Positions 11,895 to 24,976 of a stretch of DNA of 64,000 bases are shown here, piece after piece. Under the pieces are notes generated by a model, which worked only from the letters and a program-made list of their open reading frames with translations, searched no databases and was not told where the DNA came from. A program made the translations under genes and the position numbers. Location: positions 1 to 64,000 of the forward strand of contig NW_021835967.1 of assembly GCF_006345805.1 (NCBI RefSeq). Direction: 5' to 3'. Origin of the DNA: Octopus sinensis (Eukaryota). How positions within the stretch are numbered: the first letter of the stretch is position 1; each line of letters starts with the position of its first letter.

Positions 11895-11999
11895 TGTGTG
11901 TGTGTGTGTGAGAGAGTGTGTGTGTGTGAGAGTGTGTGTGTGTGTTTGTGTGTGTGTGTGAGTGTGTGTGTGAGAGAGTGTGTGTGTGTGAGAGAAGAG

Positions 12000-12031
<32 letters not shown>

Positions 12032-12630
12032 TGTGTGTCTGTGTGTGAGAGTGTGTGTGTGTGTGAGAGTGTGTGTGTGTGTGTGTGTGTGAGAGAGTGT
12101 GTGTGCGTGTGTGTGAGAGAGTGTGTGTGTGAGATTGTGTGTGTGTGTGAGAGTGTATGTATGAGTGTGTATGTGTGTGTGTGTGTGAGTGTGTGTGTGA
12201 GAGAGTGTGTGTGAGAGTGTGTGTGTGTGTAAGAGTGTGTGTGTGTGTGAGAGTGTATGTGTGTGTGTGTGAGAGAGTGTGTGTGTGTGAGAGTGTGTGT
12301 GTGTGAGAGTGTGTGTGTGTGTGAGAGTGTATGTGTGTGTGTGTGTGTGAGTGTGTGTGTGAGAGAGTGTGTGTGAGAGTGTGTGTGTGTGTAAGAGTGT
12401 GTGTGTGTGTGTAAGAGTGTATGTGTGTGTGTGTGTGAGTGTGTGTGTGAGAGAGTGTGTGTGAGAGTGTGTGTGTGTGTGAGAGTGTATGTGTTGTGTG
12501 TGTGTGTGAGTGTGTGTGTGAGAGAGTGTGTGTGAGAGTGTGTGTGTGTGTAAGAGTGTGTGTGTGTGTGTGAGAGTGTGTGTGTGTGTGTGTGTGTGAG
12601 AGTGTGTGTGAGTGTGTGTGTGTGTACACA
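11750..12630. repeat. (GT)n/(GA)n compound microsatellite
   Basis: Direct inspection. Confidence 0.95.
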
Positions 12631-13111
12631 TGTTGTGTCTTATGCCAATAATACAAAAACAAAGAACATACATACATACACACACACATATATAAATACA
12701 TACGTACACACACGCACATACATATATATATATACATATATACAACAGGCGTACATACGTACACACACGCCATATATATACATATGTATATATGTGTATG
12801 TATCTCTTTCACTTGTTTCAGTCATTTGACTGTGGCCATGCTGGAGCACCGCCTTTTAGTCGAGCAAATTGACCCCGGGTCTTATTCTTTGTAAGCCTGT
12901 ACTTATTCTATCCGATTCTTTTGCCGAACCGCTAAGTGATGGGTACATAAACATACCAGCATCTGTTGTCAAGCAATGCTAGGGGGACAAACACATACAC
13001 ACAAACACATACACATACACACACATACATATATATATATACATATATACAACAGGCGTACATACGTACACACACGCACATATATATACATATGTATATA
13101 TGTGTATGTAT

Positions 13112-13448
13112 CTCTTTCACTTGTTTCAGTCATTTGACTGTGGCCATGCTGGAGCACCGCCTTTTAGTCGAGCAAATTGACCCCGGGACTTATTCTTTGT
13201 AAGCCTAGTACTTATTCAATTGTTCTCTTTTGCCGAACCGCTAAGTTATGGGGACACGCACACACACACACAACACACATATATACGATGAGCTTCTTTC
13301 AGTTTTGGTCTCCCAAATCCACTCAAAAGGCTTTGGTTGGCCCGAGGCTAGAGTAGAAGACACTTGCTGAAGGTGCCACGCAGTGGGACTGAACCCAGGA
13401 CCATGTGGTTTGTAAGCAAGCTACTTACCACACAGCCACTCCTATGCC
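13112..13448 (-). mobile_element. Family A SINE preceded by a ~308-bp tandem duplicate of its tail region (from 12690)
   Basis: CAACAGGCGTACATACG occurs at 12742 and 13050, each followed by a SINE tail. Confidence 0.8.
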
Positions 13449-13482
<34 letters not shown>

Positions 13483-14040
13483 ATCATCATCATCATCATT
13501 TAACATCCATGTTCCATGCTTGCATGGGTGGGATGGTACAAGAACTGGCCAGGCCGAAGCCTGCACTGGACTTCTATGACTGTTTTTGAATGGATTTTTT
13601 AAAGCTGGATGCCCTTCCTAACACCAACCACTTTGCAGAGTGGACTTTATGCTTTTTATGTGGCACAAACACAGGCAAGGTCAGTTTTGGCAAGGTTTTT
13701 ACAGCTGGTTGCCCTTCCGAACACCAACCCACTTTACAGTGTGGACTGGGTGCTTTTAAGTGGCACCTGCACTGACAGGGTAGCCAAGTACTTGCAAGAC
13801 ATATCTACACAAACATGCATGAAGTAAATAGGTTCCTTTAATTCTCAAACTCTTTTATTTGATATTAATTAGTTGAAGGAGAGGTTTTGTTCTTACCAGT
13901 GTTTCAGCTGATGTAATATCCACCCTTCATCAGGTGTTCTGGTGGAATTTTGAACCCAAATCTTTATTTGACTAATGGGGGTACTCTGTTCTCATTCTTA
14001 AGGTATTCTTTTTTCGCTGATGTTATTTTTTGTTGATATA

Positions 14041-14824
14041 AGGCGGTGAGCTGGCAGAGTCGTTAGCACGCCGGGCGAAATGCTTAGCGGTATTTCATCT
14101 GCCGCTATGTTCTGAGTTCAAATTCTGCCAAGGTTGACTTTGCCTTTCATCCTTTCGGGGTCAATTAAATAAAGTACCAGTTTCACACTGGGGTCGATGT
14201 AATCGACTTAATCCCTTTGTCTGTCCTTGTTTGTCCCCTCTATGTTTAGCCCCTTGTGGGTAATAAAGAAATAGGTATTTCATCTGCCGTTACGTTTTGA
14301 GTTCAAATTCTGCCAAGGTCGACTTTGCCTTTCATCCTTTCGGGGTCAATTAAATAAAGTACCAGTTTCACACTGGGGTCGATGTAATCGACTTAATCCC
14401 TTGTCTGTCCTTGTTTGTCCCCTCTATGTTTAGCCCCTTGTGGGTAATAAAGAAATAGGTATTTCGTCTGCCGTTACGTTTTGAGTTCAAATTCTGCCAA
14501 GGTCGACTTTGCCTTTCATCCTTTCGGGGTCAATTAAATAAAGTACCAGTTTCGCACTGAGGTCGATGTAATCGACTTAATCCCTTCGTCTGTCCTTGTT
14601 TGTCCCCTCTATGTTTAGCCCCTTGTGGGTAATAAAGAAATAGGTATTTCATCTCGCTACCGTTTTGAGTTCAAATTCTGCCAGGTCGACTTTGCCTTTC
14701 ATCTCCTTCGGGTCAATTAAATAAAGTACCAGTTTCGCACTGAGGTCGATGTAATCGACTTAATCCCTTCGTCTGTCCTTGTGTGTCCCCTCTATGTTTA
14801 GCCCCTTGTGGGCAGTAAAGAAAT
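14041..14824 (+). mobile_element. Family B tRNA-headed SINE (Meta/MESC-like core): one head plus four tandem ~185-bp bodies
   Basis: Head GGCGGTGAGCTGGCAGAGTCGTTAGC (A box). Units start GTATTTC at 14090, 14275, 14459 and 14644, each with B box GAGTTCAAATTC. Probable TSD TTTTTGTTGATAT on both sides. Confidence 0.85.
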
Positions 14825-15216
14825 ATATTTTTTGTTGATATTATTTCCCAAGTCCCTACCTGGGATTGAACTCAGAATCCAAGGGTTAGTAGCCTGCACT
14901 CTTATCCACTATGCTATTTTCTCCTACTTTTTTTAATTGCAAAATCTTTGATCAGATCCTTACTATGACCCCATGAACACTGAAATTATAATATTCCTGA
15001 ACATATAAAACACTTTGAATCTTATTTTAGTAAGTTTTAAGTGACTTCTTTTGTGCCATAAACCATTTAGTCATACTGTACCTAGAAGCACATTATGTAA
15101 GGCCAGTGATGGATTAAGACCCATAGAAGCCCTAAGCACTTTAAAGATTATGGTGCCCCCATAAATATGTCATTCAAAATATAAACAATAATAAACCATA
15201 ATGAAACAAAACTAAC

Positions 15217-15603
15217 AGAGTGGCTGTGTGGTAAGTAGCTTGCTAACCAACCACATGGTTCCGGGTTCAGTCCCTCTGCATGGCACCTTGGGCAATTGTC
15301 TTCTGCTATAGCCCCGGGCCGACCAAAGCCTTGTGAGTGGATTTGGTAGACGGAAACTGAAAGAAGCCCGTCGTATATATGTATATGCATGCGTGTGTTT
15401 GTGTGTCTGTGTTTGTCCCCCTAGCATTGCTTGACAACCGATGCTGGTGTGTTTACGTCCCCGTTACTTAGCGGTTCGGCAAAAAGAGACCGATAGAATA
15501 AGTACTTGGCTTACAAAAGAATAAACCCCGGGGTCGAGTTGCTCGATTAAAGGCGGTGCTCCAGCATGGCCGCAGTCAAATGACTGAAACAAGTAAAAGA
15601 GTA
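15217..15603 (+). mobile_element. Family A SINE
   Basis: Near-consensus match. Confidence 0.85.
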
Positions 15604-15654
15604 GAAGAGAGAGTAACAATAAAATGGAAAATAATGTTTATTTTGGGATTCAGG

Positions 15655-15975
15655 AGCCCTCCATCGGTTGCCACGACGAGGGTCCCAGCTGATGCGATCA
15701 ATGGAACAGCTTGCTCATGAAATTAACGTGCAAGTGGCTGAGCACTCCACAGACACGTGTACCCTTAACGTAGTTCTCGGGGGAGATTCAGCGTGACACA
15801 GAGTGTGACAAGGCTGGCCCTTTGAAATACAGATACTACTCATTTTTACCAGCTGAGTGGACTGGAGTAACGTGAAATAAAGCGTCTTGTTCAAGGAGAC
15901 AACGCGCTGCCAGGAATTGAACTCACAACCTTACGATTATGAGCCGAATGCCCCTAACCACTAAGCCACGTACCG
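15655..15975 (-). mobile_element. Family C-related CORE-SINE (older subfamily); similar copies at 19970-20290, 47815-48125 and 60650-60970
   Basis: Minus strand GTGTCTCCTTGAACAAGACGCTTTATTTCACGTTACTCCAGTCCACTCAGCTGG (CORE-like), with a tail shared with family C. Confidence 0.75.
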
Positions 15976-15982
15976 TCACACA

Positions 15983-16692
15983 TCTCTCTCTATATAAACG
16001 GCGTGTGTGGTGTGGTCCTTTATACAAATCCACAATTTTTCAGTTAGAGGGCTCGCACTTTCTATGGTCATTCAAAACCGTCCAAGGGTGGTCATGCACA
16101 TCTTTAGATTTCTCCAGTCACCCCGCAAATCTCTCTATATATAAACGGCAAAATGTCTGTCTGTGTGTGTGTGTATCCTTTATACAAATCCACAATTTTT
16201 CAGTTAGAGGGCTCACACTTTCTATGGTCATTCAAAACCGTCTAAGGGTGGTTGTGCACATCTTTACATTTCCCCAGTCACCCCGCAAATCTCTCTATAT
16301 ATAAACGGCAAAATGTCTGTGTGTGTGTCCTTTATACAAATCCACAATTTTTCAGTTAGAGGGCTCACACTTTCTATGGTCATTCAAAACCGTCCAAGGG
16401 TGGTCGTGCACATCTTTACATTTCCCCAGTCACCCCGCAAATCTCTCTATATATAAATGGCAAAATGTCTGTGTGTGTGTCCTTTATACAAATCCACAGT
16501 TTTTCAGTTAGAGGGCTCGCACTTTCTATGGTCATTCAAAACCATCCAAGGGTGGTCATGCACATCTTTACATTTCCCCAGTCACCTCGTAAAGCCATTA
16601 AAAAATCAATAGAAGTGACTTTTTGTGGAATTTTCTATCCAAAACCCAATCAAAATGCCCGAAACTTGATACGCCAATTGAATGCCAGCTAG
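15983..16692 (+). mobile_element. Helitron/DINE-like element with four tandem copies of its 5' module
   Basis: a^TCTCTCTATATATAAACGGC at 15983, 16130, 16290 and 16442, with a single 3' CTAG at 16689-16692. Confidence 0.65.
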
Positions 16693-17480
16693 CTATATGT
16701 AATTGGTCGGAGATTTGGACAGTACTCGCGTGTATGTGTTAATTTTTGTATAAAATTCCACTTTATTTATATCTGAAAAGTTTTCTCCTACTGTCTTTCT
16801 TGAATTGCAAAATCTTTGATCAGATCCTCACCATGACACCATGAATACTTTGAAATTATATTTTTGATCATATAAACCACTTTGAATATCATTTTAGCAA
16901 ATTTAAAGTGATTTCTTTTGTGGTGTAAACCATTTACAATTTCTCTGGTGCATCCCTTGTTGTCCAAAGCACATTTCTCTTTCTCTTTCTCTTTTACTTG
17001 TTTCAGTCATTTGACTGTGGCCATGCTGGAGCACCGCCTTTTTAGTCAAGCAAATCGACCCCAGGACTTATTCTTTGTAAGCCCAATACATATTCTATCG
17101 GTCTCTTTTACTTGTTTCAGTCATTTGACTGTGGCCATGCTGGAGCACCGCCTTTAGTCGAGCAAATCGACTCCAGGACTTATTCTTTGTAAGCCTAGCA
17201 CATATTCTATCGGTCTCCCTGACCGAACCGCTAAGTGACGGTGACGTAAACACACCGGTATCAGTTGTCAAGCAATGCTAGGGAGACAAACACAGACACA
17301 CATACACACACACACCACACACCCACATATATACGATGGGTTTCTTCCAGTTTCCGTCCCTCTTTCTGTTTCTTTTCCTCTCTCCTTGTTTTCTTTCCTC
17401 GTTCCTTTCTTTAGAGGAATCTAGGCTTAAAAAACATCAAAACACTTTTCCATTTTTCCTGAACATCAAAGGAATACACC

Positions 17481-17861
17481 TTTACTCTTTGACTTGTTTC
17501 AGTCATTTGACTGCAGCCATGTTGGAGCACCACCTTTAGTTGAGGAAATCGACCCCAGGACTTATTCTTTGTAAGCCTAGTACTTATTCTATTGGTCGCT
17601 TTTGCCAAACCGCTAAGTTACGGGGGACATAAACACACCAGCATCGGTTTCAAGCGATGTTGGATTGGACAAACAGACACACAAACACACACACATATAT
17701 ATATACATATACATATATACGACAGGCTTCTTTCAGTTTCCGTCTACCAAATCCACTCACAAGGCTTTGGTCAGCCCGAGACTATAGACACTTTCCCAAA
17801 GTGTCACACAGTGGGACTGAACCCAGGACCATGCTACTTACCACACAGCCACTCTTGCGCC
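17481..17861 (-). mobile_element. Family A SINE (partial copies also at 16990-17355)
   Basis: Match to the family consensus. Confidence 0.8.
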
Positions 17862-18017
17862 TACTCCCAACCTTGTTTATTGTTCCTTCACCTGTCTTTT
17901 GTTTTTATGCTTTTGAACTATATACATACATACATCACACACCTGCATCTTCGTTACATGAGAAAAGCCATTGCCAAGAAGACTTACTGAAATGATTCAT
18001 GATTATTGCCATGTAGA

Positions 18018-18225
18018 TGCCCTTATATGACTTTTAAGCCCGGCCAAGCCTTTTCAAATTTTATTACATGCTAGACAATTGTGCAGGAGAAACAGGTGCC
18101 ACCATATGCACTCTCTTAACATGTCTTTTTAGACCTCCGACTGAGAGGCACACCCTTCCACATTTTACACACGTTCTGTTATGAATTTTAATAGCCACAT
18201 CATTGTTTGATTTCTTTGAGAATTT
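18018..18225 (-). pseudogene. Decayed two-finger C2H2 remnant, most likely the C-terminus of an RTE-type LINE ORF2
   Basis: CVKCGRVCLSVGGLKRHVKRVH at 18106-18171. A second finger in a shifted frame, CLACNKI*KGLAGLKSHIRA, lies at 18018-18077 with an in-frame TGA at 18054-18056. Confidence 0.65.
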
Positions 18226-18267
18226 TGATACATATACGTATATATACACACATTTCTATGAGAATTT

Positions 18268-18365
<98 letters not shown>

Positions 18366-18767
18366 TTCTATGTTGTTATGCCCTGCTAATTGCATTTGTA
18401 TATGTGTAACATTTCTCTTAGTTTTTCCTTCGGGCTGGCCAGATTGGAGCAATCTCAAGTATAACCAGCTGAAATTGCAAAGATAATCTGGAACTCAACT
18501 GAGGAAAGAAAACTCCAAATGACCCGTCCTTGTTTTCCTTGTATCGTCTGTCTGGATGTTTTATCCCTTTTTTGTATCACTTAACTGTCTGAATGCTTTG
18601 CCTTTTTGTCCCATTTTTGTATTATATGTGTCTGGCGGGGGGGGGGGTGGTCATGTGACTGACCAGACTAACAGATGTTGTTACACATGGCTGACCACTG
18701 TATGCTTTGCACTGTTTTAGCTATTGAATGATGCTGCCCTGAAAGAAGCCCATCGTATATATGTATG

Positions 18768-18808
<41 letters not shown>

Positions 18809-19263
18809 ATGCATGTGTATATGTTTGTGTGTCAGTGTTTGTCCCCACAACATCACTTGACAACCAGTGGTGGTGTCTTTACGTCCCCGTAACTTAGCAG
18901 TTCGGCAAAAGGGATCAATAAAATAAGTACTAAGCTTACAAAGAATAAAACCTGGGATCAATTTACTCGACTAAAGGCGGTGCTCCAGCATGGCCACAGT
19001 CAAATGACTGAAACAAGTAAAAGAGTAAAAGAGTATTATATTATGTCTATTTATTTATTTTGAACAATTCTGAGAATATATACACATGTGTAAAGATTGT
19101 GTTTTACATGTATAAAGTACCAGTACCACATGTTACCCTCGCCCATTTATTACACTCAGGATTCCCTTCATGGAATCCTTGACCCCTCATCGACCCCCAA
19201 GCATGTACAAGAAAATAAATCGATAATAATAATAATAATAATTATAATAATAATAATAATAAT

Positions 19264-19816
19264 GCCCTGATGCAGTACCAGGCAGTGGCTCGATGGCTTC
19301 TGATCTTAACTGATTGGAAGTGTTATCATGTACATTGTTTTGTCTTGGTATAAAAGATGGGCTACAGCAAATATTCTGCTCAATACCACAGATTTGCTTG
19401 TCAGTTGTTTGACCTTAACCAGTTGAGCATGTCCCTTGGTGGCTGACGATATGGGCATCTCTGATCACGAGCAGAAGTAGTGGGGGAGCATCATAGCCAT
19501 GTGTTGAGAGGGATTCTTTGGGGTTTGAATAATTCACCTCTGGAAACATGGGTGGTTCTTTTAACATCCTTAAACAACCCTTATTCAGGGACCTTTTGAG
19601 CGGGATGGGTTACTCAACCTGAAGAAAATTCTAACTGGGCCCCACCTGCAAGGTCATGTGCTGTTTATCTTGATATGAGATCACCATGTCGCGCACATAT
19701 GGTTATGATGCATGTGCCTGGTGTACCCTTATCAGATGGGTAGTCATGATGGGTATACAGGGCTTCGTATATTTTACCCCAGTGTCACTTTGATGGCATG
19801 CACTGCTCTCTCACTC
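19264..19816. mobile_element. Unclassified ~550-bp element embedded in an (AAT)n tract
   Basis: Complex sequence flanked on both sides by (AAT)n (19224-19263 and 19817-19843). No second copy in the window. Confidence 0.35.
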
Positions 19817-20323
19817 AATAATAATAATAATAATAATAATAATCAAGCAGATGTATATTTATCAACCCCTTGAATATTCCCATCAACCCCCAGGGGTCAC
19901 TATCAACCCCTTTGGTGAGCCCTGCTCTAGCTACACTAGTGTACACACACGCATATATACTGGCCCTCCATCAGTCACAGTCATAAGGGTTCCTGTTGAT
20001 CCGATCAATGGAACAGCCTGCTTGTAAAATTAATGTGCAACTGGCTGAGTATTCCACAGACATGTGTACCCTTGAAGCAGTTCTCAGGGAGATTCAGTGT
20101 GACACAGAATGTGACAATGCTGGCCCCGTTTGAATTACAGGTACAATTTACTTTTGTCAGCTGAGTGGGATGGAGCAACGTGAAATAAAGTGTCTTGCTC
20201 AAGGACAGAATACACTGCCAGGAATTGAACTTATGATCTTACAGTTGTAAGTCAAATACCGTAACCACTAAACCACATGTCCTCACACCTGCATACACAT
20301 ACATACATACATATATGTGTATA

Positions 20324-20736
20324 GGTGCAGGAGTGGCTGTGTGGTAAGTAGCTTGTTTACCAACCACATGGTTCCGGGTTCAGTCCCACTGCGTGGCATC
20401 TTGGGCAAGTGTCTTCTGCTATAGCCCCGGGCCAACCAATGCCTTGTGAGTGGATTTGGTAGATGGAAACTGAAAGAAGCCTGTCATGTATATATGTATA
20501 TATATATATGTATGTGTGTGTGTATTTGTGTGCCTGTGTTTGTCCCCCTAGCATTGCTTGACAACCGATGCTGGTGTGTTTACGTCCCCGTCACTTTGCG
20601 GTTCGGCAAAAAGAGACCGATAGAATAAGTGCTGGGCTTACAAAGAATAAGTCCCGGGGTCGATTTGCTCGACTAAAGGCGGTGCTCCAGCATGGCTGCA
20701 GTCAAATGACTGAAACAAGTAAAAGAGTAAAAGAGT
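20324..20736 (+). mobile_element. Family A SINE, full length
   Basis: Complete head, central microsatellite and (AAAGAGT)n tail. Confidence 0.9.
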
Positions 20737-21574
20737 AAAGTGAGTATATGTACACACACACATACATAGAAATATTCATACCTACTTACATTCATACAGA
20801 CATACACACATACATACACACACATACATACATACTTACAGTACTGTACTCTATATTTTTATATGAGTATATACTCTTATCAAAATGAAAATCAAATGGA
20901 AATTGTAGTCGTGACACCCGTGCTGGTGGCATGTAAAAAGCACCATCTAAATATGGCCAATGCCAGGGCCAACTCGACTGGCTCCCATGCCAGTGGCACA
21001 TAAAAAGCATCAAGCGATCGTAGATAGTGCCAGCCTCCTCTGGCCCCTGTGCTAGTGGCACGTAAAAATCACCCACTACACTCACAGAGTGGTTGACATT
21101 GGGAAGGGCATCCAGCTGTAGAAACACTTTCAGATCAGACTGGAGCCTGGTGCAGCCTCCTGGCTTCCCAGACTGCAGTCGAACCGTCCAACCCATGCTA
21201 GCATGAAAAACAGACATTAAACGATGATGATGATGATGATGTACATGATGAGCTTCTTTCAGTTTCCGTCTATCAAATCCACTCACAAGGCTTTGGACGG
21301 CCCGAGGCTACAGTAGAAGTCACTTACCGAAGGTGCCATGCAGTGGGACTGAACCCAAAGCCATATGGCTAGGAAGCAAGCTACTTACCACAGAGCCACT
21401 CCTTGGATATTTTTATTGATATTTAGCAGAAGCGAAAATATTTTATTAATATTTTGTTTAGCTCCCACTAAATATTAATGGAAGAATATGTATAGCACAG
21501 ACAGGGAGAAATACCTGTATTTATAGATATATTTATCTATATATAGTACCAAATGTATGCAGAAGCATACATTT

Positions 21575-21652
21575 AGATAGATAGATATGTTTCTTTATTA
21601 GCCACAAAGGGGCTGCACACAGACAGGACAGATTATAGATAGATAGATAGAG

Positions 21653-21688
<36 letters not shown>

Positions 21689-21924
21689 TGAGAGATAGAT
21701 AGATAGGTAGGTAGGTAGGTAGTTAGATAGATAGATAGATAGGTAGGTAGGTAGGTAGGTAGGTAGATAGATAGAGAGATAGATAGATAGATACAGACAG
21801 ATAGATAGATAGATAGATAGATAGATAGGTAGGTAGGTAGGTAGATAGATAGATAGGTAGGTAGATAAATAGATAGATAGATAGGCAGATAGATAAATAG
21901 AAAGGTATATATATATATATATAA

Positions 21925-21966
<42 letters not shown>

Positions 21967-22066
21967 GAGGGATGGATGGACAGAGATAGAGAGTGGTAGG
22001 GTGATAAATAGACAGACAGACAGACGGATAGATAGAGAGAGAGATAAATGAATAGACAAGCAAACT

Positions 22067-22106
<40 letters not shown>

Positions 22107-22215
22107 TAGACTGGTAGATAGATAGATAGATGGATGGATGTATAGGTAGACCGGTAACCAGATAGAGAGATGAACAGACAGATTGATAGATAGGTAGGTA
22201 GATAGATAGATAGAT
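21575..22215. repeat. (TAGA)n/(TAGG)n microsatellite containing a short family E retroelement 3' end (21585-21635, minus strand)
   Basis: GATATGTTTCTTTATTAGCCACA is the reverse complement of the family E tail. Confidence 0.85.
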
Positions 22216-22409
22216 TGAGTAGGAAGGGAGGAAAAGCATAGAATGCTAGCGGTAGTAGGAAGTGGAGGAGCGCTAGAGTGAACGAGGGAAAGGGAGAGAT
22301 AAGGCTAATGTTGCAGTTAGTGCAAGCTGGCATGATACAAATGGGAGAACTACTGCTGCTACGAATGCACTTGTTCTGCTGTAGTTGTTCCAGCGAAGAC
22401 GACAGAGAT

Positions 22410-23152
22410 CGTCCTGGTGATGACGGGAACGGTGGCGACGGCTGTGATGGCAGTGGTGGTGGTGGTGGTGGTGGTGAGGGGTTACGGTCATTGCTGTGGC
22501 GGTAGTGGTGGTGATGATGGTGATTGGGGCGGTGGTGATTGTGATAGTGTTGATGATGGAGGTGGCGGTAGTGGTAGTGGCGGTGGCGGTGGTGGCGGTG
22601 GTGGTGGTGGTGGGGTTATAGTCGTTGCTGTGGTGGTGGTGATGAGGATGGCGGTGGCATTTGTAGTGATAATGAAAGTGAAAGTGAAAGTGATTCCCAT
22701 GATAGGGACGGTGATGGTGGCGGTGGTGATGGCAGAGGTGATGGTGGCGGCAGAGGTGGCGGTGGTGGCGGCAGAGGTGATGGTGGTGGTGGTGGTGGCG
22801 GCAGAGGTGATGGTGGCGGTGGTGGCGGTGGTGGCGGCAGAGGTGATGGTGGCGGTGGTGGCGGTGGTGGCGGCAGAGGTGGCAGTGGCGGTGGTGGCGG
22901 CAGAGGTGATGGTGGCGGTGGCGGCAGAGGTGGCGGTGGTGGCGGTGGTGGCGGCAGAGGTGATGGTGGCGGCAGAGGTGGCGGTGGCGGTGGTGGCGGC
23001 AGAGGTGATGGTGGCGGTGGTGGCGCTAGTGGTGATGATTCTGGTTACTGCTGTTGCAATCCTTATAGTCATAATGATGGTCGTGTTGTTGTTGTTGCTG
23101 TCGGTGGTGGTGGTGGTGGTGGTGGTGGTAGTTGTGAAAGTAATTGCCATAA

Positions 23153-23183
<31 letters not shown>

Positions 23184-23320
23184 TGTAGTGGTGGCGGCAG
23201 TGGCAGTGGTTACGGATGCTGCTGCTGTACTCGTTTGTGGTGGTGATGGCAATGATGGTGGCGGGAGTGGTGGTGACAGTGATAGTGGTGGCGGTGGCAG
23301 CGGTGGTGGTGGTGGTGGTA
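22410..23320. repeat. G-rich triplet-based low-complexity/minisatellite tract (GGT/GGC/GAT; GTGGCGGCAGAGGTGATG units)
   Basis: All sub-units are multiples of 3, which explains the long ORFs on both strands. Confidence 0.9.
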
Positions 23321-23704
23321 TTTGCGTTATTGTTTGCAGCAATCATGGAAGCTGTCATGTGAGCATAGTGTATGTAACGTGTGTGTGGTGTGTTTATGTA
23401 CCCGTATGTATGTGTCACGCATTGCATTGCATTGCTTTCAAATTTTGGCACAAGGCCAGCAATTTTTTTTTGGGGTGGGGGTGGGGGTGGGGAAGCGGGT
23501 GTAAGACGATTACATCGACCCCCCTCCCCAATACTCAGTTGGTCCTTATTTTATCGATTCCCCCAAAAAAGATGAAAGGCAGGCTAAGTCGACCTTAGTG
23601 GAATTTGAACTCAGAACGCGAAGATAGACAAAATGCTGCTAAACATTTTACCTGGTATGCTGATGATTCTGACAGCTAAAGCCTTATCATTCTGCATCAT
23701 ATTA

Positions 23705-24140
<436 letters not shown>

Positions 24141-24159
24141 CGGCAGCCTCCCTATAATC

Positions 24160-24450
24160 TAACATTTTTGACCAAGGTTACCGTGTGACTTTTCCATAGG
24201 CTATTCTTCCCATGGATAAACCTTATCTGCTTCCCCCTTTACACTTTACACCATGACACTGTTATACACAATCCCTATTGATCGGTTTCCCCCCCCCTTT
24301 TTTTTCTTTTCTTCTTTACCTTTTACGATCCCTTTTGATCAAAAACCTAACCCACCTATTTTTTTTCTCTCCCCAAAAAAGAAAAGCTCTATTTTGTAAT
24401 CTGTCCCGTCTGTGTGCAGCCCTGTGTGGCTAATAAAGAAACATATCTGT
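24160..24450 (+). mobile_element. Family E non-LTR retroelement 3' region ending AATAAAGAAACATA(TCTR)n; copies at 48890-49070 (+) and 56785-57000 (-)
   Basis: Shared CGATCCC..TTGATC.AAAACC...GCCCTGTGTGGCTAATAAAGAAACATATCT, always followed by a TCTA/TCTG array. Confidence 0.6.
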
Positions 24451-24598
24451 CTATCTGTCAGCTATCTATGTTTGTCTGTGAGTCTGTCTGTCTGTCTACC
24501 TATCTATCTATCTATCTGTTTGTCTATCTATATTTGTCTATTTGTCTATCTTGAATAATTAGACAGCTGAATCAACCCTATGCCTATTATTTATATTA

Positions 24599-24976
24599 TA
24601 GGAGTGGCTGTGTGGTAAGTAGCTTGGTTCTGGGTTCAGTCCCACTGCGTGGCACCTTGGGCAAGTGTCTTCTGCTATAGCCCCGGGCCAACCAAAGCCT
24701 TGCGAGTGGATTTGGTAGATGGAAACTGAAAGAAGCCTGTCGTATATATGTATATATATATATGCGTGTGTGTTTGTGTTTGTGTGTCTGTGTTTGTCCC
24801 CCTAGCATTGCTTGACAACCGATGCTGATGTGTTTATGTCCCCGTTACTTAGCGGTTCGGCAAAAGAGACCGATAGAATAAGTACTGGGCTTACGAAAGA
24901 ATAAGTCCCGGGGTCGTGTTGCTCGATTAAAGGCGGTGCTCCAGCATGGCCACAGTCAAACGACTGAAACAAGTAA
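24599..24976 (+). mobile_element. Family A SINE
   Basis: Match to the family consensus. Confidence 0.85.

Noticed and set aside
6227-12812. Long ORFs rich in H/T/L/S or C/V/Y (for example 6227-7045, 10401-11495, 11559-12812)
   Set aside because: They are translations of dinucleotide microsatellites that lack stop codons by composition.
13888-13940. CTGATGA...GAAAC..GTA motif on the minus strand
   Set aside because: Stem I does not pair and stem II has only 2 bp, so it is at best a dead hammerhead relic. The GAAACATATGTA at ~38925 likewise lacks a matching core.
22417-23598. 393-aa and 284-aa ORFs resembling mucin or TM-rich proteins
   Set aside because: Both strands are open because the tract is triplet-based. 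There is no domain or splice signal, and the plus ORF runs into a SINE.
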